DNA from: Trichoplax adhaerens
Lineage: Eukaryota > Animalia > Placozoa
Assembly (NCBI RefSeq): GCF_000150275.1
Contig: NW_002060968.1
Location: 257,366-321,365, forward strand
DNA: 64,000 bases
Reading direction: 5' to 3'
Shown one piece after another: positions 42,333 through 55,506 of this stretch. Every line of letters begins with the position of its first letter. The stretch's first letter is position 1. Position numbers and translations under genes: made by a program. The notes beneath the pieces were generated by a model. It did no database searches and had not been told where the DNA came from. It saw only the letters and a program-made list of their open reading frames with translations.

Positions 42333-44025
42333 TTAACTATAACTCGATCTATACTTTTTACTACTTCTTACGAATACATTTACAACGACCACAATGACTA
42401 ATGCGATGAGAGAGTATTTCAACATCATGACAAGTCTTAAGTCGATTACATAGACAGCCCAGTTAGAATAAAACGCTAAATATATCGTAGTCATTCCTGA
42501 GAAGTAGGTGGTAAGTCCAAAAATAAGATGAAAACTTTTAGAGTTGTATTTTATAACTGGCATTTCATTAACCATTTTCAGACCATATAAGATCTGTAGT
42601 ATGGTCAAAATTAAGGTAGCAAGACCATACCAAGAGTGATAACTGACTAGGTGATTAGAATTAGATCTGTATTTGTTGAAAACAATCGTTGATGTACCAA
42701 GTAGGGTTAGTAGGCCAGCAGCCAATTGCATCTTTTGGTGACCGGCAACCTTATTCGGATACGTCGGGACGTTGATGGGAAACTTTGTTGACGAAAAGAG
42801 TGAAATAGCTTCTGTCATGCAGAGAATAAACTAAAGATTGGGAGAGAACCTTGTCAGGTGGATACTTGACAAATAGAGTTGAAGTACTGCATAAGTTAGT
42901 AGTAATATTGATTCGCTCTAGTTAGTACTTACAGCCAAAGTCATGAATGTAGGATGCCAGGAAAATAATGCTGTAAGGAAAATGCTACCGATTAGACACA
43001 CTCAGATATACTTTATTAAAATGATAAGGTCATCTCTACAACGTGTACTACATGCTATACTGGCAACAGTTCAAAATAAGATATATGCTGTAGGTATATC
43101 CTATCAAGGTACCGGGCATGGTTACGTTGCCTGTCGTTCATGTAGCTTGCAGTATTGAATAATTTGTACATTCTACATATGTCTAAGTTCAATCTCATTT
43201 TATGAATGTCAAGGTAGTGTTTTCGAAAATAACAACAGTAGACTTATCAATCGGTACATTTGATGGTGAAAATAGAGAAGTAGGTTAATGAAGTTTTCAT
43301 ACATGATTTGATTGAATAATAAATAGATTAATGAAGGCTGTCCAGAATTATTACAGCGTTTTCTTGCTGTTCTGTTGTGTATTCTGAATACCAATGCCGT
43401 GATAAAACGTTTTAACCTACAGTACAATATACATATTGATAAACATGATTCGAAATCGCTGTAGTGCCGATTTAGAATGTGGATTTAGTTCCTAGTTCAT
43501 TACGGTTTCTTTAGCATACTGTACTATATTGTATCTGATACTGTCGTAGGAAATGCACCATGCCACGCAAGATTCAGTAGACATTCCTTCTTATAATACT
43601 GTACATGGTTGATGATCAACACCGTACTACCTGTTATGGTGTCTTTTCTTTTTTATTAATTGATAATAACATTCAGCATTTGCTCACGTTGTTGTTTACT
43701 CTAGATTCCATGTTCTGTTGCAGTTGTGATCAACATCGTTTAAGTCCAATTGATCACAATTGTACACGTGTATGATCATACATACGTAACAGTATTAAAG
43801 TTATTAATCACTTTTTTTTTTCTAAACTGCACCGATATGAATAATATCAATTACAGTAATCCTTCATGAACTGAGCCAGCAAGGTAATAAACGTATCTTT
43901 TACAATCCTAACTTACATGATCCAGGCCTTGCCACATAAATTAGAGATGCACTTAAAAATATTACACAAACATGAACTATGATTGAGCAAATATTTGAAA
44001 AGAAGGATGTTTGTGTTGTAGCCAT
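42333..44025 (-). CDS. CYB561D2: Cytochrome b561 domain-containing transmembrane reductase (CYB561D1/D2-like)
   Basis: Exons 44025-43917, 42970-42933, 42830-42333 give VARPGS|SLFSWHPTFMTLA|FILCMTEAISLFS...HQKMQL...HLVSYHSWYGL...FHLIFG. The four heme-ligand His residues and the RPGSSLFSWHP signature are present. Confidence 0.88.
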
Positions 44026-44566
44026 GTTTCCAGTTGTCTCAGCCCTTTTGTGTCTCTTAACCGCTGCAGTCATTAAAGTTTATACATTAGTATCCGGTTA
44101 TGATAGGTCCGTTACCTATCGATCATGACGATACTTTACCAATTGAATTGAAAACAAGTGATTTTACCAATTATCGCTCAAAAATGAAGAAGAAGAACTT
44201 GCCTTGATCCTTGGCTTGCGATCGGACAGCTTCTGCAACTCTATCTTGCAGTAAGAGTGCAGCGTTGCCAGTCTGACTACAGTATACAAGTACACCCAAC
44301 CCGCAAGATTCTACAGCATCGATGAGGATACTGTTGCATGATTACCCTGGTGTCATACAGTTTGACTGACTAATCTGTTATGCATGTTTTACGAATTAGG
44401 TAAGGCAGCAATAGCTAATGGCTACGAATGATGGAGCAAGAGTTTGGGATTGGATAGAATCTGTCTTTCTATCGACTGTACTGTTATCATGCATGGATCA
44501 ATCTGTCTTGTTGATTGCTGTATGAGGAAATAGTGTAAAGTAGTTGACAAAATTTTATTTTCGGAG

Positions 44567-45331
44567 TGTTGGGTTACTGCTAAGCCAGGCGATGTAAAAT
44601 GGATGTCATCAGTGTCGAAGCCAGTTGGAGTATGGCGTCAAGATTTTACATGTCTTGATACGACATCTGTTTTACACATGTTTTATGGATTCTAGTTCAC
44701 TACTGTATGGAGTAGTGAAACCTGACGAGTTTTAGCCTTGAAGATTGCAATCTATGGCTATCGAATATGGAGTATCGCTCAATGGAAAATGACACAGTGG
44801 ATGACTGGATGACAGTGGTTGTTGTTTTTTTTGTTGGGTTACTGCTAGGCCAGGCGATGTAAAATGGATGTCATGAATGTCGAAAGCCAGTTGGAGTATG
44901 GCGTCAAGATTTTACATGTCTTGATACGACATCTGTTTTACACATGTTTTATGGATTCTAGTCCACTACTGTATGGGAGTAGTGAAACCTGACGAGTTTT
45001 AGCCTTAAAGATTGCAATCTATGGCTATCGAATATGGAGTATCGCTCAATGGAAAATGACACAGTGGATGACTGGATGACAGTGGTTGTTGTTTTTTTTG
45101 TTGGGTTACTGCTAGGCCAGGCGATGTAAAATGGATGTCATGAATGTCGAAAGCCAGTTGGAGTATGGCGTCAAGATTTTACATGTCTTGATACGACATC
45201 TGTTTTGCGGATTCTAGTCCACTACTGTATGGAGTAGTGAAACCTGACGAGTTTTAGCCTTGAAGATTGCAATGTATGGCTATCGAATATGGAGTATCGC
45301 TCAATGGAAAATGACACAGTGGATGACTGGA
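44567..45331. repeat. Three-copy tandem repeat, ~266-bp unit, high identity
   Basis: Units start tgttgggttactgcta(a/g)gccaggcgatgtaaaatgg at 44567, 44832 and 45099. The third copy is internally deleted and truncated. Confidence 0.92.
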
Positions 45332-46230
45332 CAGGGATGCCACTAGCATGCGGTATCGAGCGGCAAAACCTGCCGAGTTATTCACCTTGATATCTCTATC
45401 GAATACTGAATATCGTCCAAGTGCAAAGAGCACAGTGGACAACTAGACGAGGATGCAACGTCGACAACTTGACAGGGATGCAACCGGCATACTGTATCGA
45501 GTAGCAAAAGCTGCCGAGTATTTACCCTTGACGTCTGTATCAAATATTCAATATCGCTCAATTGTAAATACCACCGTCAACAACTTGACAGGGATGCAAC
45601 TAGTAAACAGTACTGCAGTTATCGAGTAGCAAAACCTGCCGAGTTTCTAAGCTTGACATCACTATCGAATATGGAGAGTCCATGTTGCTCAACTGCAAAT
45701 AACACAGTTGACAGTACTCCAATATGTAGGATTGGAGATAGACCTGACTTGGAGATCAAAGTTGATAGAACAAAATGGACAATTTGCAGAATGAAAGTTG
45801 CAATCAACCAGGTCCAACAGCTTGACTACAAGTACTATACACACTCCTCAAGCTTCCTCCAGTACTGTACTGTAGAATATTGAGAGTCCATGTTGCACAA
45901 CTGCAAATAACACAGTTGACAGTACTCCAATATGTAGGATTGGAGATCAACCTTGCAATTTTCAGTTGATACAATAAAATGGACAATTTGCAGAATTCAA
46001 GTTGCAATCAACGAGGTCCAACTAGACCTGAGAAAGGTTCGATTCAATACCTTTTTGGTCGATATAAGAACCTGAACTTGAACCGCTTTGACATCAATCA
46101 AACCTGAACCAAACCGATTTTACCATTATATCCGCCATTACACTCCTCAAGCTTAACTACTGTACTGTATATCCGCCATCACACTCCTCAAGCTGCCTCT
46201 AGTAGGGTGCTGTATATCCGCCATCACCAG
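45331..46230. repeat. Older related repeats: three ~120-145 bp units, a ~200-bp duplication and a triple short motif
   Basis: gacagggatgc..atcgag..gcaaaa(c/g)ctgccgagt..cttga x3 (45330-45680). gagagtccatgttgc..actgcaaataacacagttgacagtactccaatatgtaggattggagat x2 (45674, 45883). tatatccgccat(t/c)ac x3 (46127-46227). Confidence 0.8.
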
Positions 46231-46668
46231 TTTACTCAACACCTACAGTACCGTAGTGTACAGTACAGTACCGCTAAGTATGTACTGTACACCGTACAAT
46301 ACAGTTCAGTATGGCGCTAGAAAGGGAACCCTTGGAAAGTACTGTAACCAGCGGAAAAGTGAATCCCGCATACGATTGTCGTGCAATCAACTCACTCACT
46401 AAGACGTTTCATACAGTCAAGTCGAGTGACTCTCCAATACAGTCAGACACCATCGATCGATCGCCAACAAAGTGTCACTACTGGTTGGTACGTTTTCATA
46501 TGGTCGAGTGACTGCCAACTGCAATTGCCAGTGTAATCGACTTGGCTGGAAAGCTTTGAGTTGGAAATTGACAATCTGCTAGAGAACATTTGCAGAGAAA
46601 AATTAGGCTAGAATAGTCAAGAAACTGCATCTAAATTGATTGAAATTGAAGGAAAAAGGAAAGAAAGA

Positions 46669-49600
46669 ATGTCTGGGAGTGAAGAGGAATTTTCTGCTGG
46701 CGAAGAAGAGCTAGAAGACGAAGTGGACGATGAAGAAGACGAGGAGGACTTGGTAAGTCGAATCATGTCGGTTGCTAACATTGTACAGTCTGCTTGGATT
46801 GCATTTGATACCTATTACTTTGAGAGTGGAATGGCTAGTTTGGATATCATTGACTGTGGTAGTCGTCCCATTCAGTTCTTGAGTCGTGCAGAAATAAGAT
46901 AGTCATGGATGACAGCCAAGAAATGATTTAAATGAATAGGCAAGGAGTGATATTTTTCCCGTCATCCTTTACTGGACCAGTCAAAACCAACGATAGACTG
47001 GTGCAGAAGAAGGCTAATAGGACGGCGTCGTTGTACAGTTGCTAGACATGGACAACATCAAGTCCATGGTGTAGGATTACTACTTAGAGTGGTAGTGTAC
47101 AGTAGTGAAGAATAATATAGAATCGAATATCATAACGTCTAATAGAGCCCGCCATACAAATGTCGATCAAGTCCAAGCCGATCTTGATACCTGGTATCAG
47201 CGATCCCCAGTCTTGACCGTGACGGTCCATATTTTAGCTGAACACGCTAAGTTAATCCCGAGTTGAAGCCATAAGACGATAGCAGAGTCCAAACGATATT
47301 ACTGCTCACATCTTATAGGGCCCGCCATACAAATGTCGATCAAGTCCAAGCCGATCTTGATAGCTGGTATCAGCGATCCCCAGTCTTGACCGTGACGGTC
47401 ATTATTTTAGCTGAATACGCTAAGTTAATCCCGAGTTGAAGGCATAAGACGACAGCAGAGTCCAAACGATATTACTGCTCACATCTTACTACACTGACAG
47501 CAATAGCCAACGATAGCGTTGTATCATGGATTGAGTAGCACATTGGCAGACTTACAAATGACCTGAAAGTCAACGTCTGATCGTCATGATCAATTCAACT
47601 GCCACCATGTACTAGCATTACATTTGAAAAACAGTGGCAAGATAGATCAACGTATGTAGGGCAGAACTACGATTGATCAACGTTACCATCATCAATTGTA
47701 CATTTCCCAGTGGAATATTGATAGTCTTCAAGACCATATACGATACGATAATAGGATGATATCCAACGCAACAAGCCACTCATAATCATTACTAATTGCA
47801 TTGATCCATGAAGAAATTGAAATATTCCATTGACCGTAGGATGATGATGAATCATATGATGATGAAGATGAAGACAGTTATTTGAAGAAAAGCAAGAAAC
47901 CAAAGAAGAGAAGTGCTTTCATTATTGAAGAAGCAGGTGCGTATGTTGTCGCTCAATTGTATTCATAAAGTTCTGTCGTGAGGACATAGCCATGAATAAT
48001 TATACGCGTATCTTGTCACTTAGACGTCGATGATGGACAGGATGATGAAGATGATGAGGAATGGGAGGAAGGTGCCGAAGAAATAATTGATCAAGCAGGT
48101 TAGCTGGAATTCCTCTTTCAAGGTTCCTTCATAGACTTGATCAACATTCGATTAAATTCCATCAAGTTAATATTACACTTAGCTTCGAACTGTATTGCGC
48201 TAACGGTCGTTTGTAATCAAAAGTTATTCCATCTTCTTTCTTTGTATAGTGGATGTGGAACCTCTTTCCAAAGAAAACGATATCAAGGTAACCGTAACAA
48301 TTGGGTATATATGTGTGCAGTGAGAATAGAGTTGTGTCGACTTTTTCCCTAATATTGATTGATATTGTTCAACAATACATTTGCAATAACCATTATCGAT
48401 AAAAACTTGTTTTTCTTCCGATTAATTATTTGATAGTTTCGAAGAGATATTGATCTTATGCTAAGGTATGACCATTAGGATAGTTTCTTGATAGTGATAA
48501 TACTTTTCAATATAGTCCTGAGCGACATACAATTCTAACAAATTTGCAAAGCTAACCGCTCCAATTACTATAAAAGCGAAAAGAAAGAAAATGAAATTAA
48601 TGAATATTATCGTCGAAAATATGCTGCAACGGATAGAACCAAGTAAGACAGCGTAAAAGTTGACCCTTTTACTAATTATTACTCAATTGACCTTGGAGTT
48701 GAACGTTGTAGTAAATAATGCAACACTATAGTTGGTGGCATGTAATTTCATTATTCTTTATGATAGGCTAAGTGATCATCCGGATGAGGTGAAGCAAAAG
48801 AGTAAATTACCAGACATAAAGTAAGAGTGTATCTTATCGAATTACTGAATGATTTGAAATTGGACTACCATCTAAAACTCGTTATGTATTCGCGCATTGC
48901 CTTATTAGGGATCCAAATCTTTGGATGGTCAAGTGCAAGGTACGGAGTGGTATTGAAGCTTTTCCTTCAATGTTTCCTAATCTTATACTCCTATATTCCA
49001 AATAGATTGGGGAAGAAAAATCCGTTGCAATAACCCTCATGAATAAATTTATTTCCTTTGAAGCTAAAGGGACGGTAAGCCTTCTTTAGAAATGCTCTTA
49101 CGTGCTTGACATAGTTAGACATTTATCATGATGTTGTGATGGATTGACGTTATCATCTTTGCACTTCGTAGCCATTGCAAATTAAATCTGTGGTAGCTGT
49201 GGAAGGATTGAAAGGTTACATTTACGTCGAAGCTTTCAAGCAGAATCATGTTAAGCAGGTTAGATCGAAACTCATGATTGAGATTGAGATTTACTACGCG
49301 TATAAATGATCTGTTGCTGAGGCTGAAGTACATGCGTATGTATTTATAAGGCAATAGAAGGAATCGGCTACCTTCGATTGGGATACTATAAACAACAGAT
49401 GGTACCTATTAAGGAAATGACGGATGTTTTAAGAGTTGTAAAGAGTATTCCTGACTTACAAGCGGATGGTTGGGTTCGACTTAAGCGTGGAGTGTATAAA
49501 GATGATATTGCAAAGGTTCTATTTAATTGTATAATCCATCAACGCTGATGACATAATTATACTAATCATTAGCAATTTTTTTTAGGTTATTAAAGTAGAT

Positions 49601-52600
49601 AACAACCGAAATCAGGTAATTAAAGTAACATAGACGAAACTGTCATCGCAATATGTTGCCAATAAATACTTACCTAGAATATTGTATGCGGTAAAAATGT
49701 ATACTATAGTGTATTAATATTCTATCATATTTTTGTTTAGGTCACGTTAAAAATGATTCCTCGAATTGATTTAACCCGTAAACGTGGAGAGAAGCAATCT
49801 GTACGTACGGATATTATTGAGCAGGTTTTATAATAAACTAATTAGACCGTTGAAATTGAGAATTGAAAAAAGAGTTTTTAATTCGTATTTTTAGCACGAT
49901 GGTGAAAAGCGCAAAAGAAAAGGAAGACCAAAAGCTAAACTATTTGATATGGATTTGATAAGGTGTGATAAATGTTAGCTTATGAATAAAGATTTACAGT
50001 TCCGATGTGATCAGATGATTTATTTTAAATAAACTTGATTGAATCGTTGGTAAATGTTCATAGGTCAATCAATGGAGAAGTTACTAGTGAAGGTGGATAT
50101 TTAGTGTTTGAAGGAAATCGATTTAGGGAGGGATTTATGTATAAAACCATGGCCATGTCTGCTATTGTAAGAAAATGTCAACATTTAATTTAAAATCATA
50201 CAAATCGAGAATTCTGTGTAACTAATGATAGTCTGCATTGAATTAAATGATATGTCATACATAGAATGCGGAAGGTGTCATTCCTAGTCTTACTGAGTTA
50301 GAAAATTTTGAACTTGACCCAGATACAGTTGCTGTCTCTAAAGGTTGGATTGTATGCCTTTTTTAATTTTTCCTCATTTTTATTGGAAAAAGCAAATATT
50401 GCTTTATGTAATAAATTTACATATTCGTTAAATGTTTTACAGATCTTACCTCCATTCTGGACAAGGATTCACCAGTTTTTGTTGCTGGTGACGTTATTAA
50501 GGTACAAAATGGTGACTTAAAAGGGCTACTCGGTGAGGTGATAGCTATTAATGTGGATATAGTCACAGTGATGCCAAAGCATGAAGATTTAAAGGTTCGC
50601 ATTTAAAGCTGTTTAATTCGATTAGGAATTTGTTATATCGACTTAATGTTAATTACGTAATTATCTGTAGGAACCTTTAGAATTTCGCCTTGATCAAGTA
50701 AGCAAAACTTTCAAAATTGGAGAGCACGTCAAAGTTGTTAGAGGTAAATTTGAAGGAGATACTGGTCTTGTGGTTCGGGTTAATGAAGAAGATGACGGTT
50801 TAGTTTTGTTTACCGACTTGACAATGCACGAGGTAATCATGAAGAAGCGAAAATTTTTTGCGACTCTAGAATAGAATAAAGTTATAAATTTGAAATTGTA
50901 ATTTATTGCATTAGGTAAAGGTGCTCACGCGTGATGTACAATTATGTACGGAAATTAGCAGCGGTATTGATTCCTCTGGTCATTTTCAGCTTGGCGATTT
51001 AGTTCAAATTGAGTATGAGTCATTTAATTGCATAGGTTGCTTTCGTTGTCCCACGCTTAAATTGTAAGTATAATTAATTAAAGCCATCTCTCTTGTTCTA
51101 AATAGTTCACAAACAGTGGGTTGCGTTGTACGCGTTCTACGAGAAGAAATGGCTGTATTAAATATGCATGGCAAAGTTGTCAAAGTTAAGCCGCAAAGTA
51201 TTTCTAAAAAGCGAGACTCTCGTAATGCAGTTGCATTGGATGGAGACGGGGTAATTATAACCTTGTCAGTTTCAGCGATACGCCATCTTGCTCATTATAA
51301 ATGATTAGTTTAATTAATTGATTTTTTTCACTTACTGTAATGCGTAGAATGCACTTCATATTAAAGATATCGTCAAAGTCATTGATGGACCTCATAACGT
51401 TAGTACCAATAAAGAAGGTTGCTGTGTTGCTTTTTCATATGTATACAATATATTCTTTATGATTATCGAACTTGTTCTTTTGCTACAGGGACAGCAAGCT
51501 GAAGTCAAGCACCTGTTTCGAAGTTTTGTATTTTTATACTCTAAAATGTTTCCAGATAATGGTGGCATTTTTGTTTGCAGAAGTCGCCACTTAATACTTG
51601 CTGGCAGTGCAAAGGTATTTACGAACTTACTTACTTATGATGACGTATAAATAAAATGATGTAATCGATTTTGGTACAACTTTCATCTGTTTGCAATGCA
51701 TAAAAAATTTTATAGCGACAAGATAACGGTGACAGTAGAACACCATTTGTCCCGCAATCACCTCGAATCACTAGCCCAGCTCATCCTCAAGTGCAAGGTT
51801 TAACTATGATTGCTCACATAACATTACCTTATAACTTTATCACTGTTCGCTTGGATTAAAATAATTGAACGATATTAGGAGTGAGACATGGACCAGGTGC
51901 AGGTAGAGGTCGGGGAAAGAAAGGACGCGATCCTATAATTGGCCAGAGTATTCGCATATTCCAAGGACCTTTCAAGAATTATATCGGAATTGCCAAAGAC
52001 GCCACAGATACAACCGTCCGTGTAGAATTGCATAGTACATGCAAAACAATCACTGTTGATCGCAGCAGAGTGGTAGTCGTAAAGTACGCGTGTTGTATTT
52101 GTTTTGTTGCAGGTCTAATTAGATTGAGCCTTTAATATATGATTTTAAGCAATGTACCATTGCCTGCATAACATTTAGAGACGGGAAAGAGGAAAGTGCT
52201 GGTGGTGTAACTGGAATAACTCCTAGTTATGGAAGTCAAACTCCTATGTATGGATCAAGAACCCCTATGTATGGTGCTCAAACGCCTCTTTATGATGGTA
52301 AGTGTTTTAGGAGATAAAAAAACGTTGATTGATGTAATGTAGTGATAATTGCAAGGTAATGGTTCATCATATGCATATTAGGCAATCGGACTCCTCGCTA
52401 TGGTTCTCAAACACCTATGCATGATGGTTCAAGAACACCAAGTTATTCCAGTGCGTGGGATCCGAAAGTACCAAATACTCCATCAAGGTTTGCCTATCGA
52501 TATAAATTTAAAATTAGTAGCTCAGATACTGATTGGCATTTCTTAAATTCACCAATTGTGTAAGTATAGCAGAACAGAGGACGATTTTGATTATAACACA

Positions 52601-53708
52601 GACAGCGTAAATCCATCGCCTCAAGGATATCATAGTAATCCAGTAACGCCAGGTTGGATAAAATAATAATGATCTATCGTAGTACTCTTGGATGTGCGAT
52701 TACTAGTTATATACTGTATTTAGTGTTTGTAATAAGAGACATGCTATACAATCAATTGTTCTATAGGCGCTTACTCTGCGAACTCTCCCGGATTATATCC
52801 AAATACACCGCCAAACATGTCTGCGTCGTACACACCAATTGGTAGCGTGTACTCATCTGAAACTTCGTATTCACCTTATGGTTCTGTTCCTACTGCATCG
52901 CCGGCGTTATCAAACCCCATGACACCTATGAACCCAATATCTCCTGCTATCAATCCACCAACACCCGGTATGCCTTCGGTGGAATTAGACAGAGGTAAGA
53001 TTACCAGGCATGCAATATATTCTTGTATGATTTTGTGTAAAAACTAACAAACATTAAATTGTTGCAGCCATTCCTGATTGGCATACTATTGGTATAGAAG
53101 TAGAAGTAGTTAAATCTGAGGTATACGAAAAATTTTTTTTCAATCAACTATGCTAATATAAGATTGCTCCATTTACAGTGTGAATTAGAGTATTATTTCT
53201 AGTTTTCATAGCTAACCTCTTGTTTTATTGACATTCGATTGTAAATCAGCAACACAAGCATTTGGGACAAAGAGGAGGAATACGAAACATTTCTGTAAGC
53301 ATTATTTTGATCTAACTATCGTTGAGTATTTATCATTACAACGGCATTAAAGTATAAAATTGATGTTAATAAATTATTGTTATTGTAGGGGGACTGCTGC
53401 AGTGTCTATTTATATGATGAAAAGATAGAACGCGAATTTACAAAGTTATCTTTACGACCAGTCATCCCTAAAAAGAACGATAAAGTACGTTGTAACAGGA
53501 TTAGAATAGAATTTATCTTTTGTTAGCATTAGACTAAACTTACTTTTCTAATTAAATTGTGTAGGTTATGATCATACAATCGGAGCATAGAGGTTCTGTG
53601 GCAACATTGATCAACATAGATAACGAAGATGGTGTTATACGATTTGGAACAGACGGTACCGTGACTATTTTAAAATTAGAAAATTTAGTAAAGGTAGCTA
53701 ATATGTAA
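46669..53708 (+). CDS. SUPT5H: Transcription elongation factor SPT5 (DSIF large subunit), ~32 exons
   Basis: Hand-spliced exons give the acidic N-terminus, the NGN domain ([50 protein letters not shown]) and KOW domains ([16 protein letters not shown]; [22 protein letters not shown]; [33 protein letters not shown]). They also give CTR repeats [23 protein letters not shown]|[19 protein letters not shown]. Stop at 53706-53708. Confidence 0.96.
47143..47488. repeat. Two-copy tandem duplication, period 173 bp, in SUPT5H intron 1
   Basis: tag(a/g)gcccgccatacaaatgtcgatcaagtcc...tactgctcacatctta occurs at 47143 and 47316, nearly identical. Confidence 0.92.
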
Positions 53709-55506
53709 TCATCGTTGGAAAGACTACCAAATAGTAAATGTAAAAATTTAATGTTTAAATATTATCCGTCGTTTACCAAATGAAGCTGCATATGAAACGT
53801 GGTTAACGGCAATTAATCGCTCTTAGCAGAAATTGCTGAGGCAAAATGACAAATCACTCCAGTATATGTATTTATAAATATTCGACTCAGTTTAGAATTT
53901 ACTGGCAATGCTCGAAGCGGTTTTAAAATCGTTAGAATTTTTGATTTAAGTAAAATGACTTATATTCAAAGTTGTCTTTAATAAACATGTTTCCGTTTAA
54001 GGCTTTGTTCATTCTCCTGAGGTTAATTTGTGAGAGGAAAGACGTACACATTTTGCTATATAAGGGTCATATTTCTGGAGAATATTTGCTTGATAGCATT
54101 GGTAGTGACTCTTTGTATGAGAGTGGGTCTATATTATGTGAGAGTGAAGCGATATACTGTTGGAGTTGCACCTCCTGATCGGTATTGCTATACGCGTTAC
54201 ATTCGTAGACTACTAGTAATATACACATATCTAGTCGTTCATGGCACAATTTTTCTATTTTTCTATTACATCTAAGATAACTATTCTTATGGCATGCGTT
54301 AACTCGTTTCTAAGTAGAAAACTGCAGAAATGCATGTTAGGATGACTTGTTAGCTGTAATACCTGGTACAACTGATAGTTGCGAACCAGTTGAACTATTA
54401 CATCATATACGAATGATCATTGAATGCATGCTATAATCCCGTTGAAGATTTGTAACTCAAAACGAATTAATGATAACAAAGCTCAAACTAGCGCAACATG
54501 TTAGACTCTGAAGAAGATACAATTATTTGGTTTTTCAGATTATTAGAACGGTATTACCGGCACAACTAGCTATCAATATTAAAAATTAACGATAATGTAT
54601 AATTAACATAAGGTAAAGTTCCCTGTTGTAAATTGTATTATTGCTGCAGTAAAGAGCTGTCCATCATTCATGAATATCGCTGAACAGAAAATACGAAAAA
54701 GGATAGAATATTATAAATTAGGTGCAAGTCTACATTGATGGAAATTATAAAGATTTTACACATCTTTAGTTTCATGAAGATATCTACTTAAAGTGACTGA
54801 AACATGAAAACGTTTTGCTCTATTTATAACTACGCACTACTATATTTTCAATTCCAAAACTACAGAATTTTTCTAAGAGTTAGCGAATTGCTTTTATACG
54901 AATTACAACTTAATCAGGCATTAGTTAGACCACAGAGTTACGACGTGCATACGATCACGTACCATTGGAATGGAAGCGTTTAGCAGATTCCCTGCTGATA
55001 ATGATGAGCAAGGATTTGCTTCTCATAATAAAGGAACGAGAGGCGTTCTCTGTTCGTTGCTTAGTAACTGCGCTCGACTGCTGAATATTAAATGGTGAAA
55101 TATATTATTACGTCGATTTACTGCCATAAATTAATTTCGTTAGAAAGTATCCTGGAGGTTTTCGATAGATTATAACTACGAAATATTATTTAAACTATAA
55201 TATGTTAGAAAAGGTAACGGTAAGGGGTACAATTACGACACAAATAAAGATTGATCTTTATTAATCTTCACACAAACTGAGAAGTTTGTTCGCCAAACCG
55301 GTACTTTACATCGGTAATAAGATAGGACGATTAATACAGGAGTGATTAATTCATGCGTTATTGCGGGGAAAAAAGCCGTTAAGGTTTATTTAAAAACCTA
55401 GAAGAAAAAAGTATAACTGTTAGGTACCACAAGCAGTTAACTTGTTCTTACTCTGTATATTTAAGAAAAGTAATTATAATTGATCAAAAAGAACAGAAAT
55501 AAAAAA

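Noticed and set aside
44567-46230. CRISPR-like array or coding repeat (ORFs 45254..45442, 45619..45807)
   Set aside because: Eukaryotic context, long near-identical units without unique spacers, no cas genes. Reading frames are not preserved between units.
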